In this document: piece after piece, positions 24,703 to 37,150 of the stretch
Position numbering within the stretch: the first letter of the stretch is position 1
Layout: the number at the start of each line of letters is the position of its first letter
NCBI RefSeq assembly: GCF_036365525.1
Contig: NC_090401.1
Coordinates: 42,926,683 to 42,990,682 of the forward strand
Reading direction: 5' to 3'
Length of the DNA stretch: 64,000 bases
From: Heterodontus francisci
Lineage: Eukaryota
The notes under the pieces: model-generated
Told to the model about the DNA's origin: nothing
Seen by the model: the letters and a program-made list of their open reading frames with translations, nothing else
Database searches by the model: none
Translations under genes and position numbers: made by a program

Positions 24703-24863
24703 GCATCACCTCTGCAGGGGTGATGACAGACTATTTGCAGAGTTTCTGGTGGAGTCTGAGACTGTGTGTGCAGATTGCTTGTTCTCTCTGTGCACTGGCT
24801 GTTGGAAGGTTTGCCCTCAGTGGATTTCTGCTAGAGTGAAGTTACTTTTTGTATCTTGCACAG

Positions 24864-24985
24864 ATGGAGGAGACAAAGATTCCCGGGATTATGTGCAGAT
24901 GAGGCTGGAGCAACGGCAGAGAGACAGTGTTGAGAGTGTCTCTGTGCAGTCCCCATGTATTGGAGGCTTTGAACGATACACTAAG
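24864..24985 (+). CDS. GPATCH3: GPATCH3 exon 5 (GC donor)
   Basis: DGGDKDSRDYVQMRLEQR...IGGFERYTK; ends AAG|GCAAGC. Confidence 0.88.
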
Positions 24986-25198
24986 GCAAGCACGTTTCCT
25001 TCTTTATTAAATTACTCAAAACAGTACTTAATGATAACAGATGGTTCTGTTTAAATGTATGTCTTTAAACTGTGGCCTTTATTCAGAACCTCCATACAAA
25101 CTTAAATAATAGTCTGGTCCTTGCAGAGCTCACTGCTCTTCACATGAATCATGGAATAAACAAACATTAAACATGCAACTGGTGTAACCACTTCAGAT

Positions 25199-25488
25199 AT
25201 TTTTTATTTAGAGATACAGCACTGAAACAGGCCCTTCGGCCCACCGAGTCTGTGCCGACCAACAACCACCCACTTATACTAACCCTACAGTAATCCTATA
25301 TTCCCTACCACCTACCTACACTAGGGGCAATTTACAACGGCCAATTTACCTATCACCTGCAAGTCTTTGGCTGTGGGAGAAAACCGGAGCACCCGGGGAA
25401 AACCCACGCGGTCACAGGGAGAACTTGCAAACTCCGCACAGGCAGTACCCAGAATCGAACCCGGGTCCCTGGAGCTGTGAGGCTGCGG
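25199..25488 (-). mobile_element. HE1-like V-SINE, head clipped
   Basis: Same family as 16893. Confidence 0.85.
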
Positions 25489-25499
25489 TATAGACTTGC

Positions 25500-25634
25500 A
25501 CAAAAGTGAAATACTGCAGATGCTGGAAATCTGAAATAAAAACAGAAAATGCTGAAAATACTCAGCTGGTCTGGCAGCATCTGTAGAGAGAGAAACAGAG
25601 TTGACATTTCAGGTGTGCGATCTTTCATCAGAAC
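25500..25634 (-). mobile_element. Short PLE terminal unit
   Basis: AATACTGCAGATGCTGGAAATCTGAAATAAAAACAG...GAGTTGACATTTCAGG..TTCATCAGAAC. Confidence 0.7.
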
Positions 25635-26187
25635 AGGAGACCATTTAGCCCCTCCAGCCTGTTAATCCTCACAGCAAGTGAAGTGCTTTTGAAGTAACAA
25701 AGCCTGCACTCAAATAATTGGATAGATATATATGTTGCATCGATGTTGGCTGAAGGATGAATGTTGGCCAGGACACTGAGGACTCCCTGCTTATCTTCAG
25801 AAAAATTACATGAGATTTGATGTCCACATGAACAGACAGGGAGAGGCTTTATTGACGTCAGCTCTGAGAGTGTAGCACCCCCTCAGTAATTCTGAGGGGT
25901 CTCAGCCTTAATGGGCTCTGTCACTCGTACCTAGAAGTTCAAGTACAGTTGTCTTGAAGCTGCTAAACAAAGATCCTTAGAGTGTTGATTACAAAGGACC
26001 TGAGGTGTGGTTGGGGTCTTGCCGCATTCTCCAGATCATTAAGCCCCCTGCCACAGTTACAGTTGTTTCTTGTGCTGCAGTGGGATGGGACATGGTGGCA
26101 GGGTCTGATGATCTCCTCCTCTTGGCTCAGTCATCTTCTTCCTTTTGGATAATGTCGATCAATGTGTATTTTCTGCTCCTTACCTAG

Positions 26188-26315
26188 GGAATAGGCAGGA
26201 AGGTGATGGAAAAGCAGGGATGGAAGGATGGGCAAGGCCTCGGCTCCAGCAGCTCTGGGCTGGCTGATGCACTGGAAAACGATGGACAGAACCCGAAGTG
26301 TAAACGAGGATTCGG
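26188..26315 (+). CDS. GPATCH3: GPATCH3 exon 6 (G-patch domain)
   Basis: GIGRKVMEKQGWKDGQGLGSSSSGLADALENDGQNPKCKRGFG, read manually and absent from the ORF track; CCTAG| acceptor and GG|GTACGT donor. Confidence 0.93.
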
Positions 26316-27128
26316 GTACGTGATACAAGCGACTCCTTGTTAGTGCGCTGTGTGGTGGGAGTGGAAGCCCAGAGCAGTCTAAGAGAAAGTGTCTGGTAGT
26401 GACTGTTTGACAAAAAGTCTTCCGCAAGTGAGTGTCTTCACTGCACAGAAGTCCCAATTAGTAATGGGCTATCGCTGTGTGATCCTCGGTGTATAGGAGA
26501 AACAGTGTTGAACAGCTGTTGAGAAGTTTCCTTGACTCACTGTATTGAATGGTGAAACTGAGAACTATATGTTCCTGGAATCCTTGCTGTTGCTCGCAAA
26601 CTAGTGAATTGAAGTAAAAATTATTTTCTTATCACAAGTCTGTACTGAGAGACTCATGTCCTTCACTGGGTGAAATTCCACTGAGTGCTATACTTAGTGT
26701 TGTGCTTTTTGTTTTTATTTTAAAACCACACTCATTCAGTGAAAGATTAAGCCCAGTGTCCTTCTGTCTTCCCCAGGAAAGTGGAGAAAGGCCAATGAAA
26801 GAAAGAACTTACATTTATGTGATGCCATTATGTAGTGGCAATCTCAGTACAACACTAGTGTTGAGACTGGATTTCGTGCTCAAGTCTCTGGAATGGAACT
26901 TGAACAGTCACACCCTTCTGACTCAGAGGCAAGAGTGCTTTCCACTGAGCCAAGCTGACACCCAATTTGCCAGGATAGAGCTTCAGTTCATCACCCAGAT
27001 GTTACCATTGGTATTATCCGAATCTCACTCCCGTTAGCAGGAACAGAAGAGCTTTGCGATGGTTGTGATTTATTTAAATTGCCCTCACTGATGTCCTTTT
27101 GTTGCTGTGCAACAATCTGACTCTGCAG

Positions 27129-27321
27129 GTATCATGGAGAAAAAATCCAGAACTTCCAACCACGTCGACAAACTATGCATTTGATTTCAACTGTGTACGA
27201 TCAGCCTGAGGAGATGGACCAGGGTGACACACTGCTCCGGAGACAGCCGGTGATCAGCATGAAGTACAGAGAGGATGTGAAGTTTGTTAAAGGGTCAGAA
27301 CTCAGAAACCACACTCAGTAA
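27129..27321 (+). CDS. GPATCH3: GPATCH3 exon 7, last coding exon (total ~485 aa)
   Basis: YHGEKIQNFQPRRQTMHLISTVYDQPEEMDQGDTLLRRQPVISMKYREDVKFVKG...TQ*. Exon lengths sum to 1458 nt. Confidence 0.9.
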
Positions 27322-28664
27322 CCCTGTGGTGACATTCTGCGACTGCTGGTACATCTCGCGTGGAAGCTGCTATTTTTGTGAAATGCAGTGTTAGGTTCCT
27401 GGTATCTGCTGGTTTTTGACACTTGGACAATGCAGCGAGGAGTAAGGTTCAGTCCAGAGCAGGAACCATGGTCAAGATTCCACCATCCCCCCCCCCCCCG
27501 CCGACCCGCACCCAACACCAAGCGTAGATCAGAGTATAAGTAGTCTGTATTCATCAGCTGAGGGACTGAAAGCAGTTTTGGCAAAACGACCAGAGGAAGA
27601 ACAACTACTATTGGCATTTATTTAGTGTCTTTAACATAGAATAATATTTCAAAGTGTTCCTATGAAGCACCAATCAGAAAAATAAAATAAAGCTTGGTCA
27701 AAGAGCTGGGCTTTAAGGGGTCTTAAAAAGGTGGCGGTGCAGTGGGATTCAGGAAAAACATTCCAGAACATGGGGCCTAGACAGCTGATGGGACAGCCAC
27801 CAATGTTGGACTGAAGGGAGAGGAGATGTGCAAGAGGCCATAGTTGAAGGAACAAAGTGTTTGGGGTGGGGTGGGTTTGTAGGAGAAGGTTACAGAGATA
27901 GGAAGGGGTGAGGCCATGAAGAGATTTAAAGAGAATGTTGAGAATTATGATTTGGAGGTGTTGGGGACCAGGAGATTTGATCATGGACACCCACCCACCC
28001 CTAAACCATCAAGGGTATATGTCTGCTTTCACCACGTTTTCCACGGCATCCAGAGGTCACAAGATAATTAGGGGTGAGGAAAGCCATTCAGCCCATCTAA
28101 ATTCACCCATCAAGTGAGATGCTAAAGTCCCCAATGTTGCTGGGCCTTTTGCCTCCACAGCTCTACCTGAGTCAATTCCATGCATTGATCATTCTTTATC
28201 AGGAAATTCTTCTTCAGATATTGGTCTTAAATGCTCCTGACGCTGGGGTGTACTCCCAAAAAAATTGTCCAACCCCCCCAGCCTCTGATTTAAAATTAAC
28301 AGAAATTCATGGACTGGTGGTGAAAAACTTTCAGGATGCTTCCTTAGTGGGTGTGGGAAATCTCCCCTAAAACCCCAGTCCTGCCTCTACCTCCCCTGGA
28401 ATAAAAAAACAGGCAATGTCATTAATACCTCACAAACCCTCAATCCTGCTTCTCAGCAGATATCAGTCCAGCTCAATTTAAAGGTGTTAAGTGAGCCCCA
28501 ACCTCTTGATTCTGTTTCATGTGTCCACTTTGCAGTGGAATAACTAAGATTCTTTGCTAATCTCTAATCTTGATCAAGGATCGTGCATTTTGACCCTATC
28601 CTAAAATGAGGGGTTCACCAGCTTGTTAAATATCTTGTTTACTTCAGATTGCTCCTACACCTTG

Positions 28665-29050
28665 TTAGGCTTGTATCCGCTGGAGTTTAGGAGAGTAAGA
28701 AACGACTTGATTGAAACAGAAAAGATCCTAAGGGGTCTTGACAGGGTGGATGTGGAAAGGACGTTCCCCTTGTGGGAGTACCTAGAACTAAGGGTCTCTA
28801 TTTAAAAATAAGAGGTCACCCATTTAAGACAGAGATGAGAAATTTTTTCTGAGTGTTGAGTGTTTTTGGAACTCTCTTCCTCAAAAGGCAGAGGTGTTTA
28901 GATTCTTAATAAGCAAGGGGGTGAAAGGTTATCGGGGGTAGGCGGGAATGTGGAGTTGAGGTTACAATCAGATCAGCCAATATCTTACTGAATGGTGGAG
29001 CAGGCTTGAGGGGCCGAGTGGCCTACTCCAGCTTCTAATTTGTATGTACA
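28665..29050 (+). mobile_element. CR1 3' end
   Basis: Same family as 3938-4600. Confidence 0.75.
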
Positions 29051-29779
29051 TCGTGGGAGAAACCCCAGAACTGAGTGCTGAGTCCAGTCACAGTGTGAAG
29101 GAGGGTATTGTATTTAGAAACCATATTTTTTGTATAAATAACAATTCTTTGTATATTCAGATTGTTTAATTTCAGGAAAAATATTTTTGTACATTAAGTA
29201 AAATATTTTCTTTGTATTTAAATACAATGTTTAATTAACCGTGATAAGAGCAGCAGAATTTCTTGCTGTTGAATGTTCAATGGCAGGTTGCGGATTTCCA
29301 TTCAGTCTGGGCTTTGCAAACTATTTTACTCTACTGATTTAATGTCACTCAATTCCCCATGGACATTAGATGATGCAGGTGTTGTCCCCAATCACTGCAT
29401 GAACCAGAAACACGTAAACTAACTGAAAACAGCATTTGCCCACAAGCATGCAACATATCCCAGTAGGATTCTCAGAAAATCCGACATCATCCGTTTTTAA
29501 AAATTAAGTAAATCTAACTACTACAACCCCACTTCCTATTTCCAACCCCTTGCAATTCTGTAAATGGAGTGATAGGAATGTTCAAATAGAGCAGGTTAAT
29601 CTATTGTCCAGGCTGGGACAATTCTCAGCCCCAAAATAGCATTTTCAACCAATCATTGAAGAAATAAAACTTCAAGTATTCTAATAGCTGAGCTTGCCTC
29701 AATGTTCTATTTAGGAAAATAAAAGCTGCATTTTGGCAGTTTACTTCATATAACTTTAGTGACAAGTAATAAACATGTC

Positions 29780-30120
29780 TTTAAAAAAAACAGAAAATGC
29801 TGTAAACAAATCAGGTCAGGTCACATCCGTGGAGAGAGAAACAGTTAATGTTTCATGTCCATTACCTTTCATCAGAACGTTGTAACTGTATGTCTATAAC
29901 TGGTACTGTCTGAAACCATTAATTTACCTTTTGTAAGAGCAAAATACTGCGGATGCTGGAACTGTGAAATGAGAACAGAAAGTGCCAGAAATACTGGGCA
30001 GATCTGGCAATGTCTGTATTGAAAGACACAGAGTTACCGTTTCAGGTCTGATGAAAGGTCACAGACCTGAAACGTTAGCTCTTTTTCTCTCTACACAGAT
30101 GCTGCCAGATCTGCAGAGTA
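29780..30120. mobile_element. Cluster of short PLE terminal units, including a fold-back pair
   Basis: Two minus-strand units followed by a plus-strand unit starting at CTGATGAAAGGTCACAGACCTGAAAC. Confidence 0.7.
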
Positions 30121-30460
30121 TTTAGTTTTAGAGATACAGCACTGAAACAGGCCCTTCGGCCCGCCGAGTCTGTGCCGACCATCAACCACCCATTTATACT
30201 AATCCTACACTAATCCCATATTCCTACCACATCCCCACCTGTCCCTATATTTCCCTACCACCTACCTATACTAGGGGCAATTTATAATGGCCAATTAACC
30301 TATCAACCTGCAAGTCTTTGGCATGTGGGAGGAAACCGGAGCACCCAGAGGAAACCCACGCAGACACAGGGAGAACTTGCAAACTCCACACAGGCAGTAC
30401 CCAGAATTGAACCCGGGTCGCTGGAGCTGTGAGGCTGCAGTTCTAACCACTGTGCCGCCC
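30121..30460 (-). mobile_element. HE1-like V-SINE
   Basis: Same family as 16893; inserted in the PLE unit. Confidence 0.88.
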
Positions 30461-31369
30461 AGCACTTTCCGCTCTCAATTTACCTATTGTGTCAGTTTCA
30501 TGTGTAATCTCCAGCACCAAGCTCTGATCATCTGATTTGGACAATCTCCAGTCCTGATTTGATCAATTGATGGACACAGCCTCTAATCCTAGTTTGGGAG
30601 GTGGGGGAAGTTATTTTTCTTGAGGATGTTCATAAACTGACATTGTTTGAAATGTGACTGTCATTAAATCTAAGGATTGGCCTATACAGTTGAACGTCCT
30701 GCTTACGTTTGGGGTCTAGGCTTATTGGGATGATGCCATCTAATGAACCAGTTTCAATGCAGGTTGCTGTCCAGGGTAAGGGGAGTAAGCTAGAGAAGAG
30801 CAAGGTCTAACTTCCTCTTAAGTTAAAAAGGTGGTACCGAGGTCCCATGATAAACTTTCATTTAGAAATGGGTGAAATGTAAACTGCGCCATCACTGCTC
30901 ACACGAGTCATAGAAATGACAGAACAGAACATGGGAGTTGCCAGACAATAAAAAACAAAGGTTCGTCTTGTTTGTTTTCTACCATCCTGGTAGTCACATG
31001 ACCCAATGCTACTGGAGCTGTTGGCTAATCATAGCAATCAATCTCTCAATTAGTCTATAAAAGCAGGTCAGAGGCTGGATATTCTGCAGCAAGTAATTCA
31101 TCTCTTGACTCCCTAAAGCCTTGCCACATCTACTGACACAAGTCAGGAGTGTGATGGAATACTACTAACTTGGCTGGATTAGTGCAACTCCAGTGACTGA
31201 AGAAGCTTGACAACAGCCAGGCCAAAGCAGCTCACTTGATTAGCATCCCATCCACCACTTTAAACATTCACTCTCTCCACCACTGGCACATTGTGGCTGC
31301 AGTGTACCATCTACAAGATGTACTGCAGCAACTTCCAATCCTGCAACCTCCACCACCTAGAAGGACAAG

Positions 31370-31988
31370 AACATAAGTAATAGGAGCAGGAGTAGGCATG
31401 TGGCCCCTCGAGCCTACTCTGCCATTCAATAAGATCATGGCTGATCTGATTATGGCCATAACTCTACTTTCCTTCTTGCCTGCCCCCTATAACCCTTGAC
31501 TCCCTTGTCAATCAACAATCTGTCTAACTCAGCCTTGAATATATTCAATGACTCAGTGTCCACCTGCTCACTGGGGAAGAGAATTCCAAGACCCTCAGAG
31601 AAGAAATTCCTCCTCATCTACGTCTTAAATTGGAGATCCCTTAATTTGAAAATGTGCCGCCAGTTCTAGATTTCCCCCCACGAGGGGAAACATCCTCTCA
31701 GCAACTACCGTCAAGCCCCCAATAATCTTATACATTTCAATAAGATCACCTCTCAATCTTCTAAACTCCAATGAGTATAGGCCCAAACTGTTAAACCTTT
31801 CTTCATAATACAAACCCCTCATCCCAGGAATCAGCCGAGTGAACCTTCGCTGAATTGCTTCCAATGCAAGTACGTCCCTCCTTAAATAAGTTGACCAAAA
31901 CTGTATGCGGTACTCTAGGTGTAGTCTCACCAATGTCCTGTACAGTTGTAGCAAGACTTCCCTACTTTTATACTCCAGTCCATTTGAG
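31370..31988 (-). mobile_element. CR1 3' fragment
   Basis: GLEYKSREVLLQLYRTLVRLHLEY.IQFWS...RGDLIEMYKI, then the 3'UTR. Confidence 0.85.
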
Positions 31989-34053
31989 TATACACCCCTG
32001 AGAGGAAAAAGCTCCACTTCATAGAAAAAACAGCCATGCACAACTAAAGAGATTAGGAATAGCATAAAACAAAAAGAAATGGCTTACAAAAATACAAAAC
32101 GCAGCACAGATCAGGCTGAATAGGATCGATCCAAAGACCAGCAAAGGGTCACAAAGCAGCTTATAAGAGCTACTAAAAGAGATTATGAAAGGAAACTTGC
32201 AAGGGACATCAAAATCAATAAGAAGAAATTTTATAGTTACATAAAGGGAAAACAGGTGGTCAGGTAGGCCCACTAAAAGCTGAAACTGGAGATATTGTCA
32301 TTGATAATGAGGAAATGGCAGACATGTTGAATAATTACTTTGCCTCAGTATTTACAGTTGAAAAGGAGGATAACTTGCCGAAAGTCCCGAAAAAATTAAT
32401 AGCCAATAGGGGACAGGGACTTAATACAATTGATGTAAGTAAATCATCAGTAACAAGGAAATTAATCGAACTAAAGAGTAAGAAATCCCCAGGACCTGAC
32501 GGTTTCCATCCGAGGGTGTTAAAGGAAGTAGGGGAGCACATTGTAGATGCCCTAACTATGGTCTTTCAGAGTTCCCTAGATTCAGGAGTGGTCCCTCTGG
32601 ATTGGAAAGTTGCACATGTCACTCCACTTTTTAAGAAGGGTGAAAGGGGGAACCAAGGAAATTACAGACCAGTTAGCCTGACATCTGTGGTGGGCAAGTT
32701 GCTGGAGTCTATAATCAAGGATAGGGTGACTGAACACCTAGAAAAATTTCAGTTAATCAGGGACAGCCAGCATGGATTCATGACGGGAAGGTCATGCCTG
32801 ACAAATCTCATTGAATATTTTGAAGAGGTGACTAAGGTAGTGGACAGGGGCGTGTCTATGGATGTTATTCATATGGACTTCCAGAAGGCATTTGATAAAG
32901 TCCCACACAAGAGACTGTTAGCTAAGGTAGAAGCCCATGGAGTTGAGGGCAAATTATTGACATGGTTAGAAAGTTGGTTGAGTTGTAGGTGACAGAGAGT
33001 GGGGATAATGGGTAAGTACTCCGATTGGCAGGATGTAACTAGTGGTGTCCCGTAGGGATCTGTGTTGGGGCCTCAATTATTCACATTATTCATTGACAAC
33101 TTGGATGACGGCATAGTAAGTCATATATCCAAATGTGCTGATGATACAAAGTTAGGCAGCATTGTAGACAGTCTAGATGATAGCATAAAATTGCAAAGAG
33201 ATACTGACAGACTAGGTAAGTGGGCAAAACTGTGGCAGATGGATTTCAATGCGGGCAAGGGTGAGGTTATCCATTTTGGACCAGAAAAGGATAGAGCAGG
33301 GTACTTTCTAAATGGGAAGAGGTTAAGTACAGTGGATGTCCAAAGAGACTTGGGGGTTCAGGTGCATAGATCTTTAAAATGCCACAAGCAAGTGCAGAAA
33401 ATAATCAAAAAGGCTAATGGAATGCTAGCCTTTATATCTAGACGATTGGAGTATAAAGACACAGAGGTTATGCTGCAGCTGTACAAAACCCTGGTTAGAC
33501 CCCACTTGGAGTACTGTGAGCAGTTCTGGGCACCACATCTTAGGAAGGATATATTGGCCTTGGAGGGAGTGCAACGTAGGTTTACAAGAATGATACCTGG
33601 ACTACAGGGGTTAAGTTACGAGGAGAGATTACACAAATTAGGCCTGTTTTTGCTAGAATTTAGAATGTTAAGGGGTGATCTGATTGAAGTCTTCAAGATA
33701 TTAACAGGAAAAGACAGGCTAGATAAAGATAAACTATTTCCACTGGTTGGAGATTCTAAAATTAGGGGGCATAGTCTAAAAATTAGGACCAGACCTTTCA
33801 GGAGAGATGTTAGGAAGCACTTCTTCACGCAAAGGGTGGTAGAGGTTTGGAACTCTCTCCCACAAACAGCAGTTGAAGTTAGAACAGTTGTTAATTTTAA
33901 ATCTGAGATAGATAGATTTTTGTTAAGCAAAGATATTAAGGGATATGGGCCAAAGGCAGGTATATGGAGTTAGGCTGCGGATCAGCCATGATCTCACTGA
34001 ATGGCAGGACAGGCTCGAGGGGCTGAATGGCCTCCTCCTGTTCCTATCTTCCT
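31989..34053 (+). mobile_element. CR1 LINE, RT domain to 3' end
   Basis: ORFs 32315-32992 and 33062-33973: KSPGPDGFHPRVLKE, NYRPVSLTS, MDFQKAFDKVPH, ADDTKL, RPHLEYC.QFW. Confidence 0.92.
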
Positions 34054-34118
34054 AGCAGGCATGTGGGATTACCATCACTTCCAAGTTACACACCACCCTG
34101 ATGTTGGAAATATATCAG

Positions 34119-34497
34119 AGAGGTAGCACTCTTGCCTGTGAGTCAAAAGGTTCTGGGTTCAAATTCTACTCCAGGTCAAAAATCAGGGCTGACACAGTGT
34201 AGTACTGTTGGAGGTGCCGTCTTTTGGGTGTGACGTTAAACTGGGACCCCATCTGCGTACTTGGGTGGATTTTTAAAAATTCCATGGTGCTATTTTGAAG
34301 AAGAGCAGGGGAATTATCCCTGGTGTTCTGGCCAATATTTATCCTTCAATCAACATCACGCAAACTGATTATCTGGTCATTATCATATTGCTGTTTGTTG
34401 TGTGCAAATTGCTCTGTTTCCTACATTACAAGTGTGGCTACATTTCAAAAGTACTTCATTGGTTGTAAAGCGCTTTGAGATGTCCGGTGGTCATGAA
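34119..34497 (+). mobile_element. DeuSINE (SacSINE1-like)
   Basis: GGTAGCACTCTTGCCTGTGAGTCAAAAGGTTCTGGGTTCAAAT head; GGCCAATATTTATCCTTCAATCAAC core. Confidence 0.7.
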
Positions 34498-34769
34498 AAG
34501 TCTTCTTTCCTTCATTGTTGCTCAGTCAAAATCCTGGAACTCCTTCCCTAACAGCATGTGGGATTGCAGTGGTTCAAAAAGGCAGCTCACCGTGACCTAT
34601 TCAGGGCACTTAGGGATGGGCAATAAATGCCACTGATGTCCACATCCAATTAACAAATAATAAAAGGCAGACCTAGGCATAACACGAGGAAGACCCCAGT
34701 GATACTGAGCTTTTGGGAACCATGGGGCCAAAGTCACATTTTTCCTACCAAGCATGGTGCATTCACCTG

Positions 34770-34997
34770 AGCTGTAAGGCGCCTGCGCCCCTCCGGCAAT
34801 GAGGCGGTTACTCACGGCACCGACGCTGCACCGCGCATGCTCGGTAGCACTGGTGCGGATTGTAGGCTTGGGCCTTTGGGCCTGGTGACGCCACTTTGAA
34901 AGCAGAGAGAGCGAGGAGTACTGCTGTCCGGTGCGTGGCTTCAATATTCTGTGTTGGAAGAGGTTGCCTGGGAAAAGGCCGAGGCAGAGTACCCAAG
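34770..34997 (+). promoter_or_regulatory. GPN2 CpG-rich promoter and probable non-coding exon 1
   Basis: CpG cluster, NRF1-like GCGCCTGCGC and GCGCATGC, donor CAAG|GTAACC at 34998, matching acceptor TTCCAG| at 35558. TSS not determinable. Confidence 0.55.
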
Positions 34998-35598
34998 GTA
35001 ACCCCAGGCCGAGGTCAGGGGCAGTTATCGCTCTGGCTGGGCTCATGGTTGAGGGACTCACTCCGACGAGAGTCAGGCCGCTGTAAACAGAGGCGGCGGG
35101 GGTGTGAGGGCCCAGGAGGGTACTGAGTCCAAACACGGTGCTGCTGCTCTGTCTGTTTTGTGAAAATCGTTTCAGTGTTGTTGGACAAAGCTGCTTTATA
35201 GGGGTTTAGAATGACACAGCACAGAAGGAGGCCATTCCACCCATTGCTGGCTCTTTCAAAGATCTTTTCAGTTAGTCCCTGCTCTCTTCCCATAGCCCTT
35301 CCGAGTATTTATCCAATTCCCTATTGAAAGTTACTATTGAATCTGCTGCCACCACTCTTTCAGGCAGCACGTTCCAGTTCACAGCAACGAGCTATGTAAA
35401 ATAAATTCTCATCTCCTGTTTCCTGCCTGCCATTGAGATTCTCAGATTGCCATGGTAGGATTTGAACTCAAGTTTGTTGCATTTCATAGTCCAGTAACAT
35501 AACCACTAAACTACACGGCCTTGGAGGAATATTTTCTGATGGTTTCTATCTGTTCCAGGCCTGTGGAGCCACGATGAGCCCCTAAGGATCTGGTTAGG

Positions 35599-36015
35599 AT
35601 GTCGGAAGAGCCCAAGCCTCCTGCTGTGATTTTTGGCCAGGTGGTTATTGGGCCACCTGGCTCAGGGAAGACCACCTACTGCATGGGGATGCAAGAGTTT
35701 CTCTCAAAACTAGGCCGCAAGGTGGCAGTAGTGAACCTTGACCCTGCTAATGACCTCATTCCGTACCAGTGTTGTGTGGACATTGCTGAACTGGTGAAAC
35801 TTGATGATGTGATGGATGGTCTCGGACTGGGCCCCAATGGAGGGCTTATTTACTGCATGGAGTATTTGGAGGCTAATCTGGATTGGCTGCTGGGCAAGAT
35901 GGAACGGTTCAAGGATTGTTACTTCCTGTTTGATTGTCCTGGTCAGGTGGAGCTGTATACACACAACTGTTCCGTGAGGAACATCCTTGCACAATTAGCC
36001 AAGTGGAATTTCAGG
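35599..36015 (+). CDS. GPN2: GPN-loop GTPase 2, coding exon 1
   Basis: [17 protein letters not shown] (P-loop), [23 protein letters not shown] (GPN loop), [12 protein letters not shown]; donor AGG|GTGAGT. Confidence 0.97.
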
Positions 36016-36602
36016 GTGAGTTCACACTCGGGCACTGTGATGATTGAAGCACGGGCTCAGATGTCAGTCAGCATCTGTAGAGGGAGCACCCAGTGTTTCA
36101 GGTGTGACCCTGAAAGTTAAACCTGCAGGGTTTTCCTGGCTTTCCTACTCAAAGATGTTGACCAATGACGTTTTTCCCCCCTCATTTTATTTATTAAACT
36201 GCAACTAGCCTAGCACAACACTGAGCCATATAGACCAGAGGCAGAGGCTTTGATTCCTGGTCTGTGCTGAGTTAGTGACTCAGTCAGGCATGTGGTAGAG
36301 GTGCTACCATTAGTCTCTTGGGCTTTTGGTTAGAGAGGGAAAAATGCAGCCAGAGCTGCAAGCCCAATCTCTTCCAGTGAGCCCCAGAGGGGGCTATGTA
36401 TGTGCAGGTCATGGACGGCAGGGCTCAGCTCTGAGACCGAACCTGCCGGCATTCCTTATTGAAGGTCATACACTGAGTGGTTGCTCAAACGCAGTGGAAT
36501 CTGACACCACAGCACAAGGTTACCTCAGGTGAGGATGGGGAGTGCTGCAAGGATAAAGGAATAGCTCTGATTCAACGTTAATCTATGTGTGTCTTCCTGT
36601 AG

Positions 36603-36759
36603 CTAACGGCTGTCCACCTGGTGGATTCTCACTACTGCACTGATCCGGCAAAGTTCATTTCCATCCTCTGCACGTCCCTGTCCACCATGCTGCAAGTGGA
36701 GCTCCCTCACGTCAACATCCTCTCCAAAATGGATCTCATCGAACAGTTTGGGAAACTGG
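36603..36759 (+). CDS. GPN2: GPN2 coding exon 2
   Basis: [52 protein letters not shown]. Confidence 0.96.
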
Positions 36760-37150
36760 GTAAGGGATATGTGCAGCAAAGTTGGGAGGGGCTGTGTGAT
36801 TCTGGGGCTCTGGGCCTGAGGGCCTCTGGGTTCTAGGAGTGTGGTGACGGGTTTGGTCTGTGGGGAAGGGCTGGGAGTCCTGGGGCTATGGGGAGGGGCT
36901 TCATATTAAAACATAAACAAGCTGATTCTAATGTTAGAAAGTCCAGGAGCAAACTTCAGTCTTTAATTTCTGATATTGATAATTTACAGCTGGAAATCTG
37001 TTGCTTTCTATCAATTCACTGTCTGCACTGATGTGATATGTTGCAAATGCAGCCAGTGCTTTGCTTAGAGAGGATGAAATCACAGAGCGCTGGGCTGTCA
37101 GCAAGTATGAGCCTGCACTTGGGCTAAGGTCTGTGTTCGTTCTTTTAAAG

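Noticed and set aside
23897-24839. Four long ORFs (220-286 aa) with repeating peptides
   Set aside because: By-products of the stop-free 32-bp minisatellite inside a GPATCH3 intron; no start context or homology.
36205-36530. Old SINE-like relic (related piece at ~61095-61240)
   Set aside because: Too degraded to delimit or assign to a family by eye, so not listed as a feature.
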